Shown here: positions 10,830-24,429 of the stretch, one piece after another
Layout: each line of letters begins with the position of its first letter
Position numbering within the stretch: the first letter of the stretch is position 1
DNA from: Sphaerodactylus townsendi
Taxonomy: Eukaryota
NCBI RefSeq assembly: GCF_021028975.2
Contig: NC_059435.1
Span: 13,888,001-13,952,000 of the forward strand
Length of the DNA stretch: 64,000 bases
Direction of reading: 5' to 3'
The notes under the pieces: generated by a model
Told to the model about the DNA's origin: nothing
Databases searched by the model: none
Seen by the model: the letters and a program-made list of their open reading frames with translations, nothing else
Position numbers and translations under genes: made by a program

Positions 10830-13800
10830 CATGTTTGTTTTTTTAATTTTTTATTATTGTATGAGAGTATTTATACATTTGTTTACATTTGAATTATTTT
10901 TCTTTTTTTCATCTATTTTTTTTTCCATTTCCCCTCCCCTTCTCTTTGTTGGATTTTTTTCCATGCGGCAGGCAGCAGGAGGGTTCATTCTTCTTATTCT
11001 CTTGTTCCATGGCTCTTAGTTAAAATCCGGCATCTTCAATCCATTCTTTATACACTGTCCATATCTTCTTAAATATCTTCTATTTTTTCTTTCCATAAAA
11101 TGTTACTTTGTCCAGTCTTTCGAGATATCTCTAGCTGTATTTGTTTCCCATACATATTCCAATACATCTTGAAACTGTCCATTTTTTATTATCTTTTTCC
11201 ATTAGCGTAACACTTTCGTGTGCTGCTCTGATCATTATTTTATGCATTGGTTCTAGAGCTTCTATTCACTCTAATGTCATCTAATTATCCCCACAATTAA
11301 TTAATTTCTTTGTTGCTTCAATCTTTACTTTGACCAAATGGTTCTATACATATTTTAAAATATTCTCCCAAAACTTTTCACCATTTTACATTTCTATCCA
11401 CCTTATGTGTATAATATGCTCCATTTTTCTCCACAATGCACCAACACTTTGGGCTCAGGCCTTTAATCATATGGGCTGACTGCTTCCTTATTGGGGTTCT
11501 ATACCATTTCTGGGTACCAACCTTTTCTTTCTAATTCCACATATTTTCAATCTTTATCTTCTTCATGTTTATCCATTATTCTTTTCTATTTTCTTCCCTC
11601 TAAAGAAATCTTTCTTTTTTTTCCCATTTCCCAACATTCTTATCATAAATTCTTTATCCTCCACTATATATTTACATTTTTACCTACTCCTATAATCTTC
11701 CCTTTCATTTGTTTCCTTGGGTCTTAACCATTGATTCTGTTCATACATTCACCTTTCTATTCTCGGACACTATTAACTTTTCCCACTTGTCCTCTCGTTT
11801 ACGGCCAATGATTCTCTCTCCCCACCCAGCTCTATTAGGTTTTTTTTGTAGTGGTATAATTTCACCCTCATAGACTAAAATCTAATACCTTATGTATCCC
11901 TTCTTCTTTCAATTTTTTCTTATAAGTTTTAGCCTTCTATTCCAGTCCGCTTCCACACTGGGGGGCCCTATCCAGAGATACCAGGCATCCATTTTACCTC
12001 TCCATTTTTTCCCAAATATCCAAATTCCACTTTTTCTTGGACCCTATTATTTTTTATTTGTATCATTTTTTTATAATCATTTGTATAAACTACCACTTAG
12101 TTTACCCTATTCCCTTAATGTAAAAAGCTTCATTTTCAAATTTCAGCTTCATTTTGATGATATTATACTTCATTAATATCTAATAAAGCTTTTTTTATCT
12201 GGAATGCTTCATAATATTCCTGGGTTTGATTATTCCCCAGCCTAAAGAGATCATTTGGCATATATACTATTTTATTCATCACTCTAGCATTTTTTTTTTA
12301 TTAAATACCCATTATACTTTTTTATTTTCTATCCCATTCTTCAAATTGTTTTTTTAGCAATTTCCATTGGTAATGTTCTAAATAAATAGGGAGATTTTAG
12401 AGCAGCATACACATCTTTACTGCTTTTATCTTCCCAGATTATAGATGATAGGGTTTTGCTTCTAACTTTTTTATTTGGTTTTGAATTCTTTTTCCATCCT
12501 ATTTTTCCATAGTTATACTTATACATCTTAGCCTTGTATCTTTTTTCTGGTAGAAATTACAATTCCTAAATATTTGATTTTCTTCTTTTAATATTTCTTT
12601 ATTAAAATTTGTTTCTGCTTTCTATATTTCACTCCTAATATTTCTGTCTTGTCCATATTCACTGTTAATCCTGAATATTTCTTAAAATCCTCTAAGAATT
12701 ATTTTTAACTCTTTTCATTGTGTCTTCAGGTAGGTTAGTTGTTTATCAGTAATAATACATGGATCTGCAAACATATTTATTTTAATTTCTTCCTTATTTA
12801 TTTTGTATCCTTTTATTCTTCCGTTATTTACATTATTCTGTACTGCTAAATACTCCACTTGGCCAAAGTTACAAATAGAGGCAAGCCTTGGAGACAGCCA
12901 GGCATTCCTGTTTTACCTCTTTTTTATATAAACTATTCCTGATAATCCTTCATTTACTCTTATCTTGGCAGCTTTAGCGTTTCCTATATATTTCTTTTAA
13001 TACGTTTTATGAATCTTTCTCCCAAATCAAAATTTTTTTTATTGTTTGGAAAAGAAATTCATGAAAGCTTACTGTATCAAATGCTTTGTATACATCTAAG
13101 TTTTATCATAGCATAATATTTATTTTTCTTTCCATGCTCTAGTATATTTATGCACGTTTCTTATTGGATGACATATGTCTCTTCCTTTTACAAATCCATA
13201 TTGGTCTTGTTCTATTATTTTTGGAGGTATATTTCTAATCCTATTTGATGATAATATTTTACCAAATATCTTATAATCTTGATTTAATAAGCTTATTGGT
13301 CTATAAGAGTCTACTGAAGTTTGCATTTTTCACTGGTTTCAGGATTGTCCACTTTATCTCCGTCTTTCCTCTCTCCATGTGCATCCTGGGGCTCTCTGGC
13401 CTCTTATTGTTGTATTAAATAAGCATTTACGGAGTTCTGGAACTAAAATTTCTGCCGATGCTTTATGTAATATTCATGTAAACCCATCTGTTCGAGGGAG
13501 TTTATTATTTTTTTAATTCTCTAATGTAACCTTTAATATTTCCTCTTGTGTTATTTCTTCTATAGCTATTCTGTGTCTTCCTGAGGAATCATTTTATTCA
13601 TTTTTCCCTCATATTGTATATTGCTTTCATAATCAAATAGTTTTGGTAGAAGCTTCTTAGAATTTTTTTTTTCTAATTAATTTATTTTCCTAAGTTTATT
13701 ATCTGATTCTTTTCATCTTTTAGCTTTTTTTACTTTCGTTTGTTTCTCTCTTTTTTTCTTCAAATAATTTGCTAATCTTTTAACTGAGTTATTATATTAC

Positions 13801-16570
13801 ATTTCTTTGAAACTGGTTTTTTTACCCAAATCTCCTTTTTCCATAGATCCATCTTATCTATTTCCTCTAGCTTATTTTGTAATTGTCTTATTATTTCATT
13901 TTTTTATTAGGTACATCCATATTTGGTATAGAGTTTAAACCTATTTTGTTTTTAACTCTTACTTCTACTATTTTGTTCTTTCCTTATTTATTTTCTTCCT
14001 TTCCATCCTAACCTCTCTAGCCAAACAATAACCTCTAACTACAGCCTTGCCGAGGCATCCCAGGTTATATGGCCTGCTACTATGAATTTTTTATTCTCCA
14101 AGAAATAGGAATTTTATTTTTTTGGCCATTAGTTCTTTTCTATCTTTTTTCTCCTTTTCCAAAATCCTTGTTATTATATCTCCATTTTATATTTGTTTCC
14201 TTCACCTGCACATCATCCTGAACCTTGGCCACCAGCGTGATCTGAAATCCATTTTCTTTATGTGTTTTCTATATCTATAGGCTGTAAATTATTCATGTTC
14301 TTTAACGATGCGTTAATCTATGTACATGTATATTTTTTTATCTCTATTAGAGAAATAAGATTGGCTGGCTTGATTTATTCAATTCCTTAAAACTTTCTGC
14401 TATATTCCATTTTTCAACATCTAAATTGTCCTCCAAGATCCATATTAAAATCTCCCATAATCAATGTGTGTCTCCATTAGAGAAATATCTTCTGAAGTTT
14501 TTTTTGAATTGTTTTTCTAAATATTTTTTTCTGTTTTCCTATTAGGGACATATACATTCATCAGTGTTACTTGGTTTCCTTGAATCTTTGCTTTTTTATT
14601 ACCATCAATTCTCCCTCTGTGTCCCGGTAATCATTTCTTGTAACTTAAAATCCAAAGTTTCTTTTACTAAAATGGCGGCAGCCCATTCTTCTTTTTTACT
14701 CTATGGTTAGGTTGCTTCTACCAACAACTTTCCAGCCTGGAATGTTTATCAAAACATTTCTGTCTGCCCTTTTTTTTTGTGTGTTTCTTGAAAGGCAGAT
14801 CCAGATCTGGTTATGTTCTTGCTTTATAAATCTGAAAGCTATCTCTATGTCTCTTAAAGCCGAATTTAACCCATTAACATTCATTGAAATTATTTTTCAG
14901 TTTGACATTCCCTGCCATTTTTTTTTACAATGTGAACCTTTTTCCCCACCTGCTTGCATTTTCAATTTTATATTTCAGTTTGTCCCCCATTTTTCTTTCC
15001 CTCTTCCCCTCTCCCTCCCTCCCATCTCCTTCTGGTGCATATAAGAGAATCACTTCTCTACCCATGTAGGAGTTTTGCATTGTTATTCCCTGCACAGCTT
15101 TTCTGGCAGCTAGCCCCTTTTTTTAATAGAATTATGTCATGTTTCACTAAGAGTTTTTTTTTTCCTTTAAAAGTTTGTTACAGATACATCGATTACACAA
15201 TTTTATTGACATTCAGTGTTGTATATAGTCAGCTTCCCTTATGTCGTTCCAGGTTTCTGGAGCTTTTTGTCCAAGTTCTATGAAGGGTCATATTGCACCA
15301 GCTGGTGTTATGTAGTTTAGCTTCGTTAATAAACAATTCACTCACTACATCCTATTTAAAACAGTTCTGTTAATATTTTTTAGTTAAAAAATTATTAGTT
15401 AACGAGTAGTATTAGTTTATAGAGTGAAATATTAATTAGAACATTTAATAGTTTGCATGCCAGAAAAAAAGCCTAGAAATTTATCTTACGTCTTCGAGCG
15501 TTTTGTTTTCTTTGGGCTCCTTCAGGGAATATCTTCCTCCTAAGAGACTCAGAAGATGAGCTGTCTTCCCTGGATTACATTGGCAGGCAATGGAACTACC
15601 GACTTTTTTAGTAAAAGTTTTCAACTTGAAAGGCATTAGGGTTTTGCAATTAATTTCTCATTTCCATCATAATGTAGGAATCCTGTTTGGATCCATTTTA
15701 TTTTTTTTTCCAGCTTTGAACATTGCTGTGTGCGTAAGAGGTAAATTAATAGTCTCTTTATTTCCAGTGTTTCTGGAGATAAGATCATTTTCTAACAATG
15801 ATTTTTTCCTTCCCAAATTTCGAAAGCTCAAGAAATTGCTTTCAGTTGTTGTATTATTGTCTCTTCTACGAGTTTCAGAATTAGCATCTTATCGAAAGGT
15901 ATGTCCGGCTGGTCTATTGCCCATTTTCTGAATGCTCTGTGAGCTCTTTCAAAACAAGATCGTCTGCCTCGATATTCATTGATTTCAGCCATTCGAGGCC
16001 TATCACCAGGGAGTTATTTGTTTTTTTTCATCCTTCAATGGTGCAGAATTCCCACCAAAAGCGTATACTCATCCTCGCGAGAAGTCTATTAAGACATTTC
16101 TGCTATTTTGCTTTTTTTAAAGGTTTCTATCCTCCTTAGGAATTTGTTTTTCTGTAAACTTATTAACTTTTTCCATTTTTCAAAGATCCAAGAGTATGTT
16201 TGCTTTCTTATCTCTTTTATATTGTCACCCATTGCCAGCAGAAATTCTTTTTTGGAATGTGTTTGTTCCAAAGCCTTAATTCATTTTCCATTACTATCAG
16301 ACAGGAACTCTGCCAAGTCTTTACTTTGTAGTTAAATTCTTAGATGGCATGGTTATTGTTTTACAAGCTTTTTCCAAGAAAAGTAAGGGAACTCACACCA
16401 GCTTTTCTGACCTTCACAGCTGTCCGGAATCTTTTTTATTCTTCAATCTATATGGAATTCCTATGGCAGAATTATCAGTATTTTCTTTAATTATCTGGAG
16501 TTTTCTTTGATCCGGACGGAGAGACCTCAAAAGCTTTCGACTTTCCTCTAGTCACTCATGCATGCGGAGT
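10830..16570 (-). mobile_element. Near-full-length, frameshifted L1-clade LINE (ORF1 ~16560-15500; ORF2 APE-RT ~14890-11050)
   Basis: MNVNGLNS (APE start, 14884), SDH motif ~14240, SYRPISLLNQDYKIFGKIL and EQDQYGFVKGR (RT), KYLG ~12570, CWCHC..HI zinc knuckle ~11440-11405; ORF1 start VTRGKSK. Confidence 0.9.
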
Positions 16571-16819
16571 GGATTTGTGTTGTTTTTTACCCATTCTGTG
16601 TGACCCCTGCCCCCCAAGCCCGAGATGCTTGCATGGCGATTGGCGCTGGAAGAGAGTGATCACCACTGCATCCTAGCCTTTTATATAATAGGATGAGGGG
16701 GTTTGTGCACTTACTGCTTCCCATTACGGCTGTCTGCCACTTTGCATTGAGGTTTTCCATGGGGATTTTTTGTTGTTGTTTAAACAGGGATCCTCCTGCT
16801 ATAGAGTGTTTCCACAACA

Positions 16820-16975
16820 GTAGCCTTGTCTCTCCAAAGCTCTCCCAGCCTCACCTACCTCCACCTCACAAGGTGCCTGTTGTGTGGGGAGGGGAAGGGA
16901 AAGAGGATTGCAGCCACTTGGAGAGCTCCTTGCATTTAGAGAAAAAATGGGGTGATTATAAACCCAAACTCTCAT
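16820..16975 (+). mobile_element. Partial squamate SINE (same family as 60678-60954)
   Basis: CAGCCTCACCTACC..CACAAGGTGCCTGTTGTG..GGGGAAGGGAAAG...ATAAACCCAAACTCTC matches the reverse complement of the SINE at 60.7 kb. Confidence 0.6.
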
Positions 16976-17059
16976 CCATCGCTTCTCAGGATCGGGTTTT
17001 GTCCACACTGTAAAAAAACCAAGTGGAGACTCTTGCCGTTTCATTATACTCGATTATCC

Positions 17060-17375
17060 GAGATATCACGGGGCATTTAGGAATTTCTCTCCCAGAGCTT
17101 TGACCCTAGACATATCTGAAGGTTCTCGACAGTTCTGTTGTTGCAGCTTCTGTTAAACAATGCAGCTGCTTCGTGCTTTTTTGGAAAAAAGTAGCAGAAT
17201 TTCTAACTTTAACAAGTGACAGAACTTTCTAGAAGTAATGGCCATACTGCTGCTCTATGTACAGTCTTTGTGTCTACATTTTGAGATGTACTCTTGATTT
17301 GTATTTTATATAAATGTCTGGTAACACTTTCTAGAGCCTATTTTAAATGCCTAATAAAGGTTGTTGTGGTGATAT
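17060..17375 (+). mobile_element. RTE-X-like LINE 3' fragment
   Basis: EKVAEFL-like terminal motif followed by ATGCCTAATAAAGGTTGTTG, the same tail as the full element at 48686. Confidence 0.55.
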
Positions 17376-18519
17376 GAAACTCTTCTTCTTTTAAAAAAAA
17401 ATCTGCACAGCCAATCTAGATCCTCCGATAGCGGTCAGAAGCTTGCTGGGCAAAAGCCCCCACCTGGCCCTAGCTAGCTTCTAAAGGAAAACTGGGCGGG
17501 TTGCACTGAGAGGATTAGCGAGTGGAGCACCACGAAAAGCATCCTGAGACACATCACACGTACACCCAGGAACGCACCCAAATGGAACCACCACTGATGG
17601 GGGAGGCACTAGAGCCCTTCCCTGTGTTCTTAGCTTCCCACAGAAACTTTCACTCAAAAGGTATTAGAGAAACATTTCTCTGCAAAATTAAAATGGGAAG
17701 TGAAGGCCGGTTTTGGCAGGCAGACCGGCTCCACTCCTTTTTGGAGAGACCTTGGTGTTGTTTTTGCCCTTTTCAAAGCGCCAAACCCTTTTTTGTCGCA
17801 AGGGAACGCGTGAACTTGTTAATAAAACAATAGAAATTGGCTTCTTCTGCAGCAACCGGCCCTGGCTTCAGACTCTCGACAAACTTGATTACAGCTGTAA
17901 GAACATAGATTAATTTCATTAGCAGCAAAGGGACTTCATTTTAAAACATGTACCCAGCTAAGTAGAGCTAGATTTTTGCTCAAATAAATGATAGGGTTTT
18001 TTTTTTATTACCAGGGAGTTGCTTTGTGATTCCATTTATTTTTAATTAATGTATTCCTCAAGAAAAATAAGTCTTTCTCGGCATGAAGTATCCTTGGCCG
18101 TAACTTTTATTAATATGCTGTGGTCTTGTAAGATTATACCCCTTAGATAAAAATGACACCAAATGCAATTGCTTTATTTGGGCAAGAGGGATTGTGGCAA
18201 AGAAGCTAACTTTGCGACTTCTATTTCCATCTATTTACCCTCATTAGGAGCCCTGTTTGGCTGTAGAGGAAAATAAACAAGTATGGGGCCACAGAGAAAA
18301 CACCCTCCACTTTTGTCTAGGGAGGAATATGCATCAGTAATTACGTGAATCTACACCTCAATTAGAAGAATTAAGAGGAAATTCTACTCAGATAGGTTGA
18401 AATCAGAAATGAGATTTGTTTGCAGGGGAAGTAATACAATCTTAGGGGAAGATAAATAAGCAAACTTCATCCAAAATGTACCAAGTAGCCAACGTCCTCC
18501 TATGCCTTCTAAAAGAATA

Positions 18520-19890
18520 TGTCAACATTATCTTACAATCAGAAAAAATACAAGAAAGATTTTTTGTAAGTCCAATTTACACGTCAGGTATGGCTATAAA
18601 ACCTCTAGATTAGGTTTTATTTAGACAAACCTTTGTCAAGCCAATCTAAGAAATGTACACATACAAATGTCAATAAATAAGAATCCTATCTAATCCTTTC
18701 ATTTTCATGCAATTAAACCAAAACCAAATGCATGGGGATGCTTAAGGAGCTTAGCTTCCCAGAGGGTGGTTCAAAAACATTTAAACATTTTTCCACATGC
18801 AGAGACAAAGAATGTGATATATATGATCAAGTGTGGGTACAGCTTATTGTACATACAGGTAAACATCTAGAAATCACGTGTCGGAATTTTTGGAACATCC
18901 TATCCAAGAATAGTAATATAGAAATTTACAAAGGGAGCTCCTTTGATGGACCACTTTTTTGGCTTAAATAAGCACTCTTTTCCTGAATCACAAGAAATTT
19001 ACAGTAATAGAAACGAGTGGCTCATTGGAGTTGTTCAATGGACATAGAAGAAAAGGTAAAACAAAGAGAGACCAAAGGTTGATCTTTGAATTAGGAGTTC
19101 AACCCCATTACGGGACTCAAATTCATGCAATTGACTACTCAGCATTTCTGTAATTACAGCTATTACCACAGCTGAGAACAATTAACCAATTATATACTGT
19201 GGAAACTCCCTTGTATTGTGCTCTCCTTGGAGATCCTGATATCAGAGAGAAGGACTATTTAGTAGGGTATGTTTATGTATTTGGAAAAGGCATTTGATTA
19301 CTTTTAAAAAAAAAAGCTTGGAATGACAAAGCTTTTGGATGTATTCCTCATGTTTACTTCTTTTTTCTTTCTTCTCCCCCTTTTGTTTGCTCCTAATAGA
19401 AGAAGAAGAGAGCCATTCAAAGGAAATTTTGAATTCAGTTTGGAAACTATCTGGGTGAGAATTTTACTAATGAAAAGAAAATGTTTATTATTATTATTTA
19501 TATGAAAATTCTAGGTTTAATGTTGAATAATATGAATGTTTTATTTTTTTATATAGTGTAAGAAAAAAACAGTTGTTGCTCCTAGAGTAAGGAGTAAGGA
19601 AAAGAATGCACTTGCTATACAACAATTGCTAAGGTGTATTGGGAGGAGGGTTCTTTGGAGTTTGTTTAACGAGTATATGAAAGGAAATGAGAAAGGATTA
19701 GATAAGACTTTTTTTATTTATTGACATTTGTATTTGTACATTTCAAGATTGGCTTGATGACAAAGGACTGCCGAAATAAAGAAAGAAGAAGCCTAATCTA
19801 GAGGTTTTATAGCCATACCTATTGATTGGTACTGACCTTACAAAAAAATTTCTTTCTTTGTATTTTTTCTGATTGTAAGATAATGTTGAA
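18520..19890 (+). mobile_element. Penelope-like element 3' portion (degraded GIY-YIG endonuclease) bracketed by a ~160-bp inverted repeat
   Basis: Frameshifted KHFSTCRDK..VIYMIKCG..LLY.G...ILEH...GAPLMDHF...KQRE..LIFEL...IDYSAFL* (stop ~19152); 18522-18680 is the reverse complement of 19714-19889. Confidence 0.75.
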
Positions 19891-20031
19891 AATGTTACTC
19901 ACCTGAGGTGAGTTAGATTGCCTTATGGAGTGTAATATTTGTGATAGTACCTGTTGTACACCTGCCTTGGATTATTATAGGTGGATTCTAAAAGGAATCA
20001 TGGCCGTTCCACATGGGCCAATAAATTCAGG

Positions 20032-20892
20032 TGTAGTGAATGGATGTATTGGAATGAGCTCAGATCCTCTGGTGTGATTTAAAATTATTTCTGATTGAGG
20101 GACAGGACATGAAAGTCAGATGAGAAAGGAACCTGAACTGAGTCCCCTGAGTATAAACAAAACAGTGGCACCACTTCAAAGATACACACAGATTGCTAGT
20201 GTGCATTCCCACAGAAGGAAATCCACACTCAGATACTAAGCAAGGGGAAACTTGTATGAGAGTTGTGAAGATTTTTAAAGAGGGGGGGAGAGGAGAATTT
20301 ACTTCTTAGAGGTCTAGAAGTAGATTCTGCTCTGGAAAGCAACATGTGGTAGCCCTATCTACGTAAGTGGTTTGTCTTTACGGTTTGTGTGAGGGAGAAA
20401 CTATTTGGGGATATTTACCTGAGAGTAAATTAAAAAATCCTTGACCAAAGGAGAAGGAGAAAAAAGCACAGTGTTCCTATCATCTGCTTATGGGTATAAA
20501 TCTGTATATTTAAAACAACTAGAAAGGAACTAAAAGTGCAGAACCTTGAACTAAAATGGTCACCAAATAGGAAGAGAGATCCTGCAACAGCTTCTTGTCA
20601 TTATCAGCATCAATACTTTCTGTCTGCTTGAGGGTTTCACTTGAAAGTATTTATGCACTCTGCCAAAACTACTGTGCTTGTAAATAAAGAAACTCCATTT
20701 TTTCGTCTTTTTTAAAAGTTATAAAAGCCTCTTGTGCCTAAATTGTGTTTCCTGACTTGGGAGGGGAAAGGGTTTGTTTTGTTGTTTTTCCCCAGAGCAA
20801 ACCTCTGCCCTGGCTGAGAGTTGCCCTCATTCGCTGAACAGCAGAAAACATTTTCTATTCTTTATTTCTATTACTAAGGGTGAGACTTAACA
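20032..20892 (+). mobile_element. Possible solo LTR
   Basis: TGTAGTG...TTAACA termini, TATAAA and AATAAA (~20683); no convincing TSD found. Confidence 0.35.
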
Positions 20893-22739
20893 CAAAGTGA
20901 AATATAGGAAGAACATCGACACGTTAGCATGCGTGAATTGTTTTATTACAGCAGATAACCAAAGAGGCTGTTCAGTAACAGTGTAATGAAGCTGGCAGGT
21001 CAATTTTGGACAGAAACACTCCTGAGTGGAGAAAAGGGACAGAGGGGACACCTCCCCTCACACCTTTCTTTAGGAGTAAAATAAAGGGGGGGCGATAAAA
21101 TTGTGAAGAGGAGCACTAGAAAGGTTTGGGAGGGCAGACACAAACTCCCCTGAGTTGAAGACAGAAAACAGAATGCCAAATATAGGCATGACTCCTCTGC
21201 CACTTTCTGAGATCCTTTTTGGATGTGAAGTAACAGCAAGAGGCCCTGATGGAGGCAAAAAAGGCCCCTGATAAGACCACACAAGGGATGCATTGCCAGG
21301 GGACCAGAGCTTCCTGCTTCACCAAGTAAGAAATCTCCTGCCCTCCTGATGCCCGTTCTTGCCCCATTCCAGCTGGACTGTGGGGAAAATTAGGGGGGGG
21401 AGGAGACTAGGTGTCAATTATCACTGGCTTGAGTGCAATAACATCACTTCTAGTTGTGATATCATTATCATTCACCAATTGGCACTCTAGCATTCAGTCA
21501 AATACCTATTGTTAAACACGTAAAGTTTTAGCCAAATACTAGAGTGGGTTGTAGCCTTGCTTACTGGCAACAGCTTATGGGATGTTAAACTTCAGATCAA
21601 AGCAAATATATACAGTCAAACCAATACTAAAAAATCTGAGGCCAGCCAAGCCTAGAAAACATGGACTGTATATATAGTGACACAAGGCAATGAGCTAATT
21701 GGTATATGCCATTAGTTTGAGTATAAAGAGATCAATAGATAAATTTATAATAACCGCTTCATAAAGATTATTCATAAAAGATATATGGCAATTATATTAT
21801 AAGTCATATTCAACTGGATATAAAAGTAATAACAAAACATACAATGAGGGGCACTAAGGCAACCCTAAGAAACATAAATGGGACTGTACTTATTAACAAG
21901 AATTCCTCCAAAAAGCATTTAGTAATAAAAGATGTCATGGAAACGGTATTGTGCATAGGGGCAAAGAAACCTGTAACATTCACATTGGCGTTCCAATAAA
22001 TTGAAAGAGTCAGTTATCACCTCAATATTCAATGAGTAGAAAAATATTAAACACAAATAGTGGTAGTAGACAGCAGCAGCTCAATGTGAGGTGGATGAAG
22101 ACACCGCGGCGACCCAGCAACCACATTCGCCAGAGCAGCGTAAGTGCGGCGTAGTCCACGATTTTCAACAGGGAATTTATTCAGTGCGTTCAGGTAGATA
22201 TAGTAGAAATTAAGCTGCATAAATATACATACTGTCATTTTAAATGTTTATTTTACTAGGGTATTGCTGTTAGACACATTACATATGTTACATCTTTGGC
22301 ATCGATATGGTAACATTTTAGCACCATAAAGACAAGCGATCTAAATAAAGAAACAATTTACTGTCATCAATAAGTTAACATTTTAGCAGATGTAATTCAC
22401 CAATTCAACCAAACAATACTGATGACCAGTTACAGTAAAAGATACAGTTACAGATTGAATTCTCTTCTTGTGTAGTTTAGCTAGAGTATAAAGCAGCATA
22501 CAGCTTCAGCATTCAGTCGAATCAGCAAGTTACAAAGTAATGTATAACTGCCTCAGCAGAGCTTCCGCTAACGGTTACAGTTGCAGTAACAGTTTCCTGC
22601 CGTTTTTTTGAATTTACTGTATTTATTCCTAGCTTAGTGAAAGCAGCCCACAGCCTCAAAAAGCACAACAAATCAGCAAGCTCCATAGCAATGGTATGTA
22701 AATAGCCACCGACAACAGATGTGTCACATTATAAATAAC

Positions 22740-23400
22740 AGTGTAGGAAATCTAGGTCCTTATTTAAACCAGGTTTGCTTCAACTGTCTAGCAGATGGAT
22801 CATAGCCAAGCCTCCAGTCCTAAGCTAATACACGTGTGACAGTGTTTTTATTTATTTGTTCCTGACTTCCCAAGTTCCTGTTGCTCCTGTATTTTTTGCC
22901 TCACCTTTATCTACATACGCTTCTTTACGAGGTAAAGATTGGTAAGATTGGCACTGGGTGGATGAGCTGTCCATGATAAAGCGTGTTTAACTCAGATTAG
23001 GGATTAGGGCCAAGATACAATGGATCGCTTTTAAACACTACGGGTTGGAAAGATGCCTTTTGCTGCTAATTTTGATCTAAAAGCAGAGTAACGCATAGAG
23101 GAATGCTTGAGCTGAGTGAGAAAACCTAAGATGACTCGTGTGTTGGACAATTTCCAGAGTTCAGTCACTTTCCGCTGATTGAAGGTCTAGGTTTTCGCTT
23201 CACTCTTTAGTACATTGTGTAAAGTACATTCTGTAGGTTGTGCCTTTTAGCAAGCTGCCAGTTTGGTGTTCCAGAGTTCCAGAGGATTGTTCCTCTATAA
23301 TTGAAAAGGCTATCACTGTCACAGACTTTGTTAGAAGCAAGCACCCAAGGCGCTTAAAAGGGTTTCCTATGTTTTTGAATAAGAGAATAGAGCTCCTTTA
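22740..23400 (-). mobile_element. Degraded Penelope-like element C-terminus
   Basis: Minus-strand LEAWL...PGLNKDLDFLH resembles the PLE terminal motif (E..WI..L.T..P.GLN...D). Confidence 0.5.
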
Positions 23401-23404
23401 GGAT

Positions 23405-23870
23405 GCTTTTTATTTATTTGTTTGTTTATTTGTTTGTTTATTTTTAGATTCCTAAGCGGGCATACTTCTTTCCCCGAGGAGAGCTCAGAAGTGACTCAAC
23501 AATATAGCTGTCAACAACACAGCTCAAAACAACATAAGCAAAAACATTAAAACTCCCAGCAGCAGTTACATTACAATTTAAACAATCCAAACAATTCAAA
23601 ACAGGTTTAAAACGTAGTTCAAACAGAGCCCATTCCTAAAATTTCTAAAAAGCAAGGAAAAAAAATAAAAAAAGAAGAAAGAAAGAAAAAGAGGAGGGAA
23701 CAGAAGCGGCCCAGACTGGAGTCACTGGCAGTCTATGAGCTTTGACCAAGATGACAAAGATGGTAGTGGACACAAGTTTCCTCAGTGGGGGCAGTAGAGG
23801 CATGGCCAGCCTCTCCAAATTTAAGCCCGTGGAGATAATTCTTTACAAGGGCTGTAATTTCTTACAGAAC
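23405..23870 (-). mobile_element. L2-type LINE 3' end
   Basis: (TTTA/TTTG)n tail at 23405-23445 next to an L2-like terminal motif and an A-rich antisense UTR. Confidence 0.5.
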
Positions 23871-24429
23871 TGCTTCACAAATTGGCAGCCTTACTATAAC
23901 CTGCTCCTTAATGAGTGGAATCCATTTTTTGCAGTTCAGCATCCTTATCTCCTCATAGATATGATGTTCAAGCTGTCTTGCAGTGAGGAAGCTCCCCAAT
24001 ATATTGGAACGTATTCATGCTACCTACCTGGTCTACTGCAGCTCTGGAGCTTTTCCGAGACAATTTCTTTTCCTTTCTGTAGAGTTTTCAAACTCTTTCA
24101 TTATTATTTATATTTTCACAAACTGGCTGACTTCAAACGCACTCACTTATCACCCACTCTTTCATCTTCAGATTCAGTTAGACCCAGAGGAAGCTTAACT
24201 CTAGGCAGAAAAAACTGGAGCCGGGGACCAAACCTGAGTTTGGCTACCGGGCAGAATGGGCCACCCTCCCCACCACTTGAACAAACAATGATTTTTTTGC
24301 AGCTCACCAAGAGCACCTCCCACTCCCAGCAAAAGCATAAGCCGTGGCTCTCTCCCCACCAACTCTTTTCCTAATTTCCTCCTAATCACAACAACTCCTA
24401 TGAAGGGGTAGGTTGTTAGCCTGAGAAAC

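Noticed and set aside
23742-24374. 210-aa plus-strand ORF
   Set aside because: No recognisable motif; starts antisense within an L2 fragment; likely a chance ORF.
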